The notes under the pieces are model-generated. The model was not told where the DNA came from. It made no database searches and saw nothing but the letters and a program-made list of their open reading frames with translations. Shown piece after piece: positions 53,499 to 64,000 of a DNA stretch of 64,000 nucleotides. The position numbers were made by a program, and so were the translations under genes. This stretch comes from Chrysomallon squamiferum (lineage: Eukaryota; Animalia; Mollusca), in assembly GCA_012295275.1 (NCBI GenBank), contig CM022665.1, positions 35,526,001 through 35,590,000 on the forward strand. Direction: 5' to 3'. How positions within the stretch are numbered: the stretch's first letter is position 1; the number at the start of each line of letters is the position of its first letter.

Positions 53499-54206
53499 TA
53501 TGTATTTGGTGCACCAAAAATTCAATTGTTAAAAAAAAAAAAAAAAAAAAAAAAATTGTTTTTTTTTTTTTAATCGGTTGCAAATCAAATAAGTAATTTA
53601 TTTAAATATTTTCATTTATCTGATTTATTTATTCGTTTGTCGTTCTTTCTGTATTAATTAATATTTCTTTCATTCTTTCTTCTCAAAACAATTTTAAACT
53701 TTCATCTTAAAAAAAATATAAATATGCTCTTCATACTTACATTATTTCTTAATTACTGCTTCTTGATTCTTCATTATATAATCCACACTAATTGTTCCTT
53801 TTTCAGAAGCAAAACTTTCCTTTAGTTATGTTCATATGTAACTTTACGAGTCGATAATTATTTTCAAATACAGTTTTCTACAACCAATAACCGATAAAAG
53901 TTTTTCCGTATTCATCCGAAAACAGTAATATCGACGTTTTACGGAAATTACTTGGTTTTTTCTTTTATCGGGCTTCGTTTGAACGTTTTCAAAATATAAG
54001 AGTAACTGGGCCCGGATAATTTTAAACGCGAGACGATTTGTAAGTATTCTTATCAACATTCGGCCTCCAAGCAATTCACGAAGACCCTCAAACTGTAGTC
54101 TCAATTTCAGCTCCAGGTTTCTTTAACTTTAATGAACTCTATAAAGTATAGGAATGATGTACGGTTCAGTCGTTCGGTATTTATAATAATGCTAACTGTC
54201 GGGATT

Positions 54207-54336
54207 AACAACAACAACAACAACAACATCAACAATAACAATAATAACGATGATGATAATGATAATGATGATGATGATGAAGACGATGATGATGATGATG
54301 ATAATAATAATAATAATAATAACAATAATAATAATA
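54207..54336. repeat. (AAC)/(GAT)/(AAT) compound trinucleotide repeat
   Basis: Direct observation; source of the poly-N/D/H/I ORFs. Confidence 0.93.
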
Positions 54337-54944
54337 AGATATGTGTGTATGTGTACGAGTTTGGATGTGTGCATTTGTCTGCGTGTGCGCGCGTGTGTGT
54401 GTCTGTACATAGAAGGTAGTTAAAACAAATATATATTGTTTTTCTGCCGCTGGTTGCTCAAATGTTTGATAAATAACAAATGAAAGAAGGAGAATCAATA
54501 AAGGTTGCAGACCTACATGTTTGCATGAGTGGCTTTGGTAAGCACCAAATTACACACTGGCAGCCTTATCTTAATCACCGATAATTCTGTTAGACATCTA
54601 CGCTGGCAGATAAGTTATAATCAGCGTTAATGTCGGCTGTTATCAGTACACGTGTAGACACAGCAAATGAACATACACCAGCCGTTTCCTCGCTGTAGAA
54701 TTATCGCCAGTATTAAGTAAGTATAATGAGAATGTAACTGTTTTATAATTCACGTTCTGGAGAGATAAAAGATTTAAAAAAAAAAATAAAAAAAAAATGA
54801 AGATAAAAGATACATTCTGTAGGATTTAAAAGAAAAAAAATGTATTATTATTATTATTTGAATAGTAGATGCCACGACAGTATTTTTTAATGCGTTTCAG
54901 AATAAAGCAGTGGTTAGTATTGTGGCATCAGCGCCTATGTAGAC

Positions 54945-55020
54945 ATTATTACTGTTACTGTTTCTACTACTACCGCAGTTATTATTACAACTACTGTTAC
55001 AACAACAACAATAACCACAA

Positions 55021-55052
<32 letters not shown>

Positions 55053-55355
55053 ATAATAATAATAATAATATAGCTACTACACTACTTACCAGTCCAAGAA
55101 ATTCTAATTACTACTAAATTTACCACTGCTAATTTGATAATTATTAAAGTCACTGCTGCGGCAAGTACTACTAAAAAAAACCCAACTAATACTGCTATGG
55201 TTGCAAAAACAACTACTGCTATCATCATGAGCAATACAGCAGTAACTACAAAACAGTTATACTAATACTGTTGCTAATACTACTACTATTACTACTACTA
55301 CTACTACTATTACTATTACGGCTATTATTACCGCTACTATTTCTACTATAACTTA
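54945..55355. repeat. Degenerate (ACT)/(AAC)/(AAT) trinucleotide low-complexity region
   Basis: Direct observation. Confidence 0.85.
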
Positions 55356-55950
55356 CTTCATTTTCAGACAGAAATTAAATAGCCTACAAGCCGTTCCAAT
55401 ATTCTGTAAAACATAACCATTACTATATCTTAGGCTATAAAAAATTAATTGCAATTCCTTGTTTCTATTTTTGTTCTATATTAACTTGGCATACTCTGTT
55501 GCTTTCCTTCGTGAAAGACTACTCATAATGGGAACCATACCTCCAAGAACAAATTCTATATAGTTCTTCCAGATTGCATAATACAGAGGAATGTGGCTAT
55601 TAAATACACACACACATATGTAGAGACACACATACAAACACAAACGTGCACACACACACACACACAGATAGATGGTACGTATAATATCTTGGTTTGTGAT
55701 TAACATTTTGGTTGATTCTCTCGGGATTAAGAATATGAATGAGTGTATTTTTGAAAACTAAATAGCAAATGCAAACGTTATTCCTCCGATAAATTCTCAA
55801 ACTTCAGTTTCCTAATGGAAATAAAATTCAGTGCAGATGAGATTTTCAGTAGCTTTGTCCCGATAAACTTAATTATTTTAATAAAAACTTAGCTCAGTAC
55901 TTCAGTGCAGGTTAAGTTTAATATTTTTACCGCAAATAAATTGTATATCT

Positions 55951-55956
<6 letters not shown>

Positions 55957-55988
<32 letters not shown>
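55957..55988. repeat. (TG)n microsatellite
   Basis: Direct observation. Confidence 0.93.
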
Positions 55989-55991
<3 letters not shown>

Positions 55992-58034
55992 CAGTAGTGA
56001 ACATCAAATTTTAGGTAAATAATATTCAGCATGTGTCTCAAATATATTTCAGTAATTTACTGTAAATAAATCTCAGAAATTCAGAAACCCATAATTCAGT
56101 TTCTGTGCAAATAAAGCAAATAAATAAAATTATATATATTTTGTAATACAAGTAAAATGATATACAGAAGAAATTCATTTCATTTCTCAAAGTAACGTTT
56201 TCGAAAACAAATTACTTTTAACAATAGATTCCCGAAGAACTCAGCATTTATCTCTCCGTATTATGTAAATTCTACAGCATGGTTATAATTCTTTTAGAAT
56301 AAACCGTAATGCACTGTCTTAAGTGAGATAAAGCGAAATATGTTAATATATTCTTTATTATACCCTAATATCATTCTCTAATTCGTTTTAGACTATCACT
56401 TTCATAATAAGACATATAAAGTATCAGACAAAATAGAGCATGTTAACTTTTGTAGTGAAATAAATGTGTCTAATGCAGAAAAGTGAAATGGTAATTATAT
56501 TTTTGTGTGTTACTGACTAGATGAAAATCAGTACTAATGTGTCCATGCGTACATACATACATACAAGAGGAACATATATGTAGACAGATACGCAGATGAA
56601 CATACAGATATATCTATTATACATATAGACACAGTCTGGTACAAACATGCCTGAAATGGCAAGAAAGGTTATAAATCACGTTTTTTTTTTTCTCCTTCTG
56701 TTTATTCGTTTAACTGTCAAAAACTATCAACTTTAGAGTTCTGCGATGCTATATTCAACTTGTTGCTTTCATTATTCAGTCTCATTTCAGAACAGCTTAC
56801 AAGTTTGATGGTGCATACCGTTTCTCTTTTAGTTCGTAACATGAAATCGTCCAGACAAATCAGTTCAATTTATTTTTTGAAAAAGGAAACGCGTCTTTCA
56901 TCAAGCTTCCTCGAAGGGAAGACGGAGGTTTATGTTTACAATTAATTACAGGTTTGTGTATACAATCGACCATCGACCATTTCGTCAGCTGATATCCAAG
57001 GTAACACTGGTTTTTTGTGTGGTTTTCTTTCTTTGGAAACATCCTACTTCTGTTACCAGGCACAGATACCTGGATCCAGAAATTCGCTTTGTCCAGGTGG
57101 CCGACATACCTACTTGACAGTTGCAAGATGTAAAAGAAAAATAAATTTTACACATGATGGAGGTATTTGCAGAGTATCAGTAAAGATCGGTGATTATTTT
57201 GTGAAGAATGTGAACTTTGGTGTGTCTGTCTCTAACTCGAACCGTTGGTGCGTGTAAGTGGATTGAGAATAGCTGTGGAGAAGAATTTTGTTCATTTATA
57301 AAAGAAACATATTCGTTCAAGATTTTGAGGGCGATAGGATGATAGAAAAGATATGGAGACTGGCAAGGAAAATTTAATGATCGCATATTGTTAAAACTTA
57401 AGGCAAAGACTAATTATCAACTATTTAACTCAGTATGAAGGTGGAAAAAGTATACTGATCCATGCCATAGTCTCTCGGGAATTTTTATGCATACTTTTAA
57501 CAAACAGAAATGGAGATCTGAGATGATATATATATATATTTCGACTGTTAAAAGAATTAATAAATTGATTTATTGGAAATGAAACCAGGATACTATATGG
57601 AATGAATATATATACTTACATTCCATTTTTTCTTTTAAATCGTTTCAAACTTTATCTTGTTAAAATTTCATCGGCAAACTAACTGGTCATTCCCCCATTA
57701 AGCTATGACCTTCTGTTTTGTGAAAAAGTCAAGAGAATGTTGACCGAATTTTAGGATATCCACGTTATAGATCGGCTCGTTTTAGGTCCCAGTCAATTTA
57801 GCATTCTTTAATACTGGGATAAGGAACCTGTTGACTTCGCAGATGCGGAGGATCAGTCGATCGAAAGATCGTTTTGTCTTCATTGTTAAAAAAGCGTTCA
57901 AGAAGGCCAACAACATTTAATATTAATCATTTATTAATTATTTTAACAGTTCTATCATTAGGTCTCTATGATTTTTCAATAGTTCGTATGTTTCTTTTAT
58001 TATGTGAAGTCGAAGATGAACTTGATTGAAAAGC

Positions 58035-58490
58035 TGCAGTATCCTTAGTTTAACAATCAGTTTTATTTATTAAGTGCGCTGTCCAAAATTTAAGTCAATC
58101 AATTCATTGCGTATAGTATCCTTATTTGAATAATCGTTTCGTTCACTCTTCGTATTATTCATTGTTTAATATTCAGAGAATCAAATCATTCAGTGCAGCA
58201 TCCTTACTTAAATAATCAACAAATCATTTACTTCATTTGATTTAGTATCCTAGTTTAACAGTCAAACAATCATGACACTCATTTAGTGCGTTATCCTTGG
58301 TTTAATAGTATTTTAAATCATACGATTAGAGTTTAATAATGTTTATTTCATTCTTTTGGCGTAGTATCTTTACTTTAATCAGCACTAAATCGTTTTATTC
58401 ATCTTGGTTTCGTTTTCAGTAAATCAATTTATTAATTCTTTTAATAGTTTAAGTATCATTTAATTCATTCAGTATAGTATCTAAATACTC
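58035..58490. repeat. Degenerate ~40-47-bp tandem repeat
   Basis: A CATTCAGTGCAGTATCCTTAGTTTAA-like motif occurs at about 58039, 58116, 58198, 58245, 58291, 58364 and 58477. Confidence 0.7.
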
Positions 58491-59699
58491 AGTGAATCAC
58501 TTCATTCATTGTTTGTAATTTAAAGTTATTTCAATTAGTAGGCAGATTTATATGCCTTCGGGCTTGGTTAGGAGATAAAAAGTGAATTCTAATGCACGGT
58601 TCTTTAACGAGAGTCAGCTATTTGACTCAGTAATGCAATTACAATTCAAAGATACAAGGTAAGCAGATGAAATCCAAATATCAGCCTTTTGAATCATAGA
58701 TCCAGTCAAAAAGTGGATTTAATCAAAGAGAAGAAACGATTACTTCTTTAACAGATCAGAAACTCTTGCATCCATCTTTCTTTGATTTTTTTTTTTTCTC
58801 GAGAATAATATATATATATATTTTTGGCTCTTGGCTTAAATTATTATTATTTATATATAAATAACAAGACGAAAACAAGTCGCCTTATTCACGTTACAGT
58901 AATTGTGCGATATTTGTTATTATTATTATTATTATTTTAAAGTTGGCTGAATGAATAGAGGATTCATTTTTCACCAAAGTCACTTTTTCACTTTGATTCA
59001 CAGCTCTTTATTAATCTCTCATGATTCTGTTTATAAATACAAAACACATGGTTTATCATCAGAAGCAGTCGCCTTAACGGATACGCCTTGCATGTAATTT
59101 ATGTTTCATAAATCTCCCTCTACTGAAGTCTTTACTTGATCATTCAGGTGGACCGGTAATTAACAAATTTGGATGTCAATAACTGGCTTCAGCCAACCTC
59201 AACACTCGTAAAGAGAAACTTGAACCTAGATTAATAAACACATACAAATAACATACATGCATGAATGCATGTGCGCGCACACACACACATGTTTTAGGTC
59301 ATTTGCTATCTGTGAACAATGTGTTTACCACAGTTTAATAAAACTGAAAAAAATATACGGTCCTGTCATTACTGAAATATAAATACTAATATATCTGGAA
59401 ATCCAGATACCCGCGCCTAGGAAGAATATGTTAAAATATGAAGTGTATGCTAACCGTATCATATGAAATATCCTTCATATAATAAGATACGATTAAGAAA
59501 AATTCTGATTTCATGCGAGGTAAGCCAGACCGTGGGACTGATCAAAATAATATACCTAAATCATTTTTAAAGACTGTGACTAAAACATTATTCTTAGTAT
59601 CTATTATTAAATCATGTAAGTAACCTCTAATAGAATTCTACAGTTAAGCTAAATTCTAGTGTTCTTTTTTTATTTATGTATTTATTTTATTTTATTTTA

Positions 59700-59700
<1 letters not shown>

Positions 59701-59739
<39 letters not shown>

Positions 59740-59763
59740 GTTATTATTATTATTATTATTATT
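59701..59763. repeat. (ATT)n microsatellite
   Basis: Direct observation. Confidence 0.95.
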
Positions 59764-60377
59764 ATATTATTTTATTATTTTCTTCACGAGAAACAGAACA
59801 TTTCTAATTAAGCGTTAATAACAAAAATGCACTTATAAATATAAAACGAACCATCTTTATAAGCAAAGCATTAAACTCGCACACAGAAACGATACATCAT
59901 CTCTCTCTGTGTAAATATAATCATTATTAAACATTTCAAAATGATAATTATCGCAAAGATTAACTGTGGGTGAAATTCACTTGCCGTTTTGTGCACGTTA
60001 AATAATGGTTTGACTGTAGCGATGTGTAACACAAATTCCGCTAACTCGATCATCTGTATTTCATTTTCAGACTTAGAGACACGTGCATGGTTCCCTTCTC
60101 TCCACTGTAACGAGGATGATGCACAGCCTGTGATTGAATTTGTGTGGTGAATGTTCACAGATGAACGGAACAACTCGTACATGTTTTTAATTTACTAATA
60201 GGTACAAAACCATGTTTACTCGGAATCTTCGCCCTTTAGATGACGCTTCGTTAATGATGTTTATCAAGTTAACCAGTGAAAACACCAGCCAGTCTCCCTC
60301 TGTCCGTCCTTCTTTTACTGTTCTCTTTTCCTTTTCTAGCTGCTTTCTTCTCTCTATATAGCTGTGTGTGTGTGTAA

Positions 60378-60525
<148 letters not shown>

Positions 60526-61506
60526 GGCAAGAAAAACAGAGGGTGGTTAGAAGAAAGTTCTTTACCTATCTAAGCTTTCAACCATTATATAGACGATGTT
60601 TCTACAAATCAGTCCATCCACCTACCCAGATAGGTGTACATATGTAAACTAGTCTAGGTCTTTTCCTACATCTGTTCCTTGATTATTTTCTTTCACACAC
60701 ATTCAGTATATTTTATTTATTATAATTGTCTGCACAATATCTTTTTTCATCAGCGTTTTATCTTTTGATTCAATTTAATTTTTGAAAACTATATTTCAAA
60801 ATTCTTTAAATTCGTGTAAACGTTATAAGCCAAAAAACCGTAAAGAACTTTTATTATCGACATTATTTTATCTAAGCATTCTAGAATTTCTCTATTTTTA
60901 TTTCTCTCGTGTAAAACTTATAAACCAATTTTAAAGATATTTCAGTTTCGATATAAATTTTTTTAAATTCACTGTGTCTAAAATTTCTCATGTATATCAT
61001 CAAAATTTCTTCACTGACATACATTTCAGATCCTCGGAAAATTACGTCGACATTTGAGTCTGTGGGCGGCAAATTCTACCTGAAATCAATTTTGAAATCT
61101 CTGCGTTGATTTGATACGTGAACTCGTAGAAAGGTCACCTCCCGACTTGACACACAATACGTAGTCATATTAACCATATTTACTGCATCGTTAACATTTA
61201 TAAACGATGAAACAGAAATAAAAAATATAAAGCTGAAAACCAGAACGGGCTGGTAAGATTAAAGTGTGTTTTTTTTTTATATATTAGAGTAAAATAAATT
61301 ACGCGAGCGCACACACACAAACACATACACAGATAATTTCTTTTAAAGTGCTATTACCGACAATACAGTAAATATTTTTTTATTTCTTTTTTTTGTCTTC
61401 TTTTTTCCTTTTCTTTTTTCTTTTTTAAATTCTTTAATAAAAAACTAAACGAAATAATGAAAGAAAGAAGCAAACAAACAAAGAAGTAAGTAAGTGAGAA
61501 AGTAAA

Positions 61507-61508
<2 letters not shown>

Positions 61509-61546
<38 letters not shown>

Positions 61547-61549
61547 ATA
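61509..61549. repeat. (AAAT)n microsatellite
   Basis: Direct observation. Confidence 0.93.
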
Positions 61550-64000
61550 CCAGCAATTTTTAATCTCCAACAGATTTGACAGTTTAATAGTAAAATTAAT
61601 AAAATAATTGAAATTATAAAACTAAGTAAAGTTTAAAAAATGTAATCTGAAATTCAAGGTAAGTAACTCCTTCGCGTGTTCACAGTGAACAAGATTACAT
61701 CATCTGCATAAATGATTGTCTACATAATGAACGAGGGTATAAGTATCAAGTTAAAGATCGAAACAGCTCTTCACTTGAAAACTATTGAATGTTGGCAGTA
61801 GCAGGTACAAAAATAACTCAAACATTTCCAGACTAAGTGGACGAGTCGACCATCTCGTCATCAAGTGTTTGTTATGTCTTCTCCCCTAGAGATTAATAAC
61901 GTACATCTTTTCTTATCTCACATACACTCGTCTCCATTAACTTCTCAGTGGCTATCTCTGATTCCCGGGAAGCCGTCACGACACCTCACCCAGGAGTAGT
62001 GACTCCCCGGGGTATATTTGGTCGAGTGGCAAGTCAGATGTGCTTTGTTAGTTAATCAAAGAGGAAATCATTATATTGACAGTCGTAATACATTTAGCTT
62101 AGGAGTGTTTCTCAATTATTGGTATGTTCGCAAAATATTCTGTTGTGATGTCCCTGAACTAAAGTGTATGTGTGTTATGTTTGTTTATGTGTGTATATAT
62201 GTATGTATGTATGTATATGTTTATATGCACGCATAAATTCATCTATGTGTAATTACATCTAAATATACATCTGTACTTATATCATTGTTATTGTCTGTGA
62301 TGTTGTTGCTTTTGCAACTAAAATGTGGTTCCTAGAATTTGCAAAAGAAGTAATTTTTAGGACATGGATGATATATCAAATAACGATGAATACTTCCACA
62401 TACGCTATGTTCACACAAACGTAATGTACACATAAATGCTTGATTATCATTGTGGAATTTAGTTCTTTTGCGAGGGATTATGACAAAGTTACTTTATTTG
62501 ATCAATACCCTAAATCAAATGAACGGACGAAGTCTGACGGAATAGAAATGGAATTTTAGACCCGGGAGTTCAATATGTAAGTGACTTCAGTTTCAATCCC
62601 ATAATAGTTTTCATGAAATATATGGTCGTTGCTTCTTTTTCTAGGTTCCGCTTTCCTTTTTTATCGTTTTCTGAAACACAAAGTAAGCAAATATCTGTAA
62701 TAGTTTTCATAGATTTTTTTATTATGTGAAAATGGATTTTTTAAAGGTTCCTTAGACTGCAGACTTTTTATGATTTGAAAATACAGATCATTGGCAACCG
62801 ACAATGTTTTTTTTTTTTTTTTTAATATTTGTTTTTATTACTATTATTATTATTATTATTATTATTTAGTTGCTGTTGGTGCCGTTGCTGTTTTTGACAT
62901 CTTCATCAACATCAGCGTGAATATCATCATCATTAACCAAATAAACCGAACAATCATATACATACTCTGTTCTCACTTCCGTTCAATAGTACATTCTCTA
63001 ACCAACAGAAGACGAAGTATTAGGATAGAACCTTTGCTACGTTTATCAAGTTAGACGTCAAACTGATACTAATGAAACAAAATTCTTGCATATCATTAAA
63101 CAAATTCCTTTTATTTAAACTTCAAGGTCAAAATATTCTGCCATTTTTATTTCATTGTGAACTCTTCTCCCTACACCATTTGTTTCTGGGGTTTTTTTTT
63201 TTTTTTTACTTTCACGTAACCAGCCGAGTTCTTCAAAGGAGAAAAAAAAAAGTAAAGATAAACATCAGCCCTGAATCGGCTTCTCGACGCTAGGAATAAC
63301 TGACAGTATTACCGCATGATTATGAGAAAACCAATTTAATTTACTTTACTGCTGTGCAACAAATGACCGCATATGTTCCCTGGCTAATGCGTCACATGTG
63401 GTACACGTGCATCCAATCAAGCCACAGTTTGGAGTTAGGAACTCTTCAGAAGTCGAGCATGAAATTCGAACGCCGTCAGCCATAACATAGTTCTTAGTCG
63501 TCTGTTAAAAATTTCTACTTGCCACGGGGCAGAAATACGAAAACCCGTCCAATTATTTTGTAGGAATTTCAAAATAACAATGTTGTTTGGAAGAATTTAC
63601 TGACGGAATGCATGTTTGTACGTGATCTGTATTCGTGGACATGTTTGAACGGGTGTGAGTGTTTGTGTACGTATATGTGTCTAAGTAAATACATATATTT
63701 ATGAGTGTTTGTATAATAAGTAGCAGAAAAGAGAAACAGCAGTATGGCACACACACACAAAAAAAAAGAAGATATAATCTTGAAAATGTTATCTGATACT
63801 TGTAAAGAAAATAAGAAGAAAAAATATACACCCCCCCCAAAAAAAAAACATTGTCGCAGAAATAGCACCCATACACAATGATTTTTAGCGCGAATAACTA
63901 GTTTATAATGAAATGATGAGGTCTTCACACTTTATATTGTTAGGTATGTAGTGGAAGAATTAAAAAGAAAGGTTCCAATTTTATTATAGTTACAAGCTGA

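Noticed and set aside
56932-57117. FVYTIDHRPF resembling the retrotransposon RNase H TDH(K/R)PL motif, or a 49-nt plus-strand exon
   Set aside because: No surrounding pol similarity, LTRs or partner exons; likely chance.

Overview
This is AT-rich, microsatellite-dense animal genomic DNA, not prokaryotic. It is probably molluscan (gastropod); that is an inference from my recollection of a degenerate SINE family. The only supportable protein-coding gene is the 5' part of a kainate-type ionotropic glutamate receptor (GRIK family) on the minus strand. I assembled four coding exons by hand: 18097-18010, 9023-8868, 3764-3513 and 2332-2151. All have GT-AG boundaries and compatible phases (1,1,1,0), giving 678 nt or 226 aa of signal peptide plus the first part of the amino-terminal domain. 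The ORF track misses the 18 kb exon and shows the 9 kb exon only in the wrong frame, and the gene continues off the left edge. A candidate non-coding upstream exon and promoter lie near 19.9-20.4 kb, with several uORFs including an ATG-TGA start-stop element. The first coding intron holds an internally deleted Tigger/pogo transposon (10666-11388) and a hAT-type MITE with an 8-bp target-site duplication (11646-12030). The 20.4-64 kb region has no credible coding sequence: simple repeats, two degenerate minisatellites, SINE relics and GC/CpG-richer islands that may be regulatory. Most other listed ORFs are repeat or AT-composition artefacts. I found no convincing new multi-gene system; the findings are testable regulatory, splicing and transposon observations.
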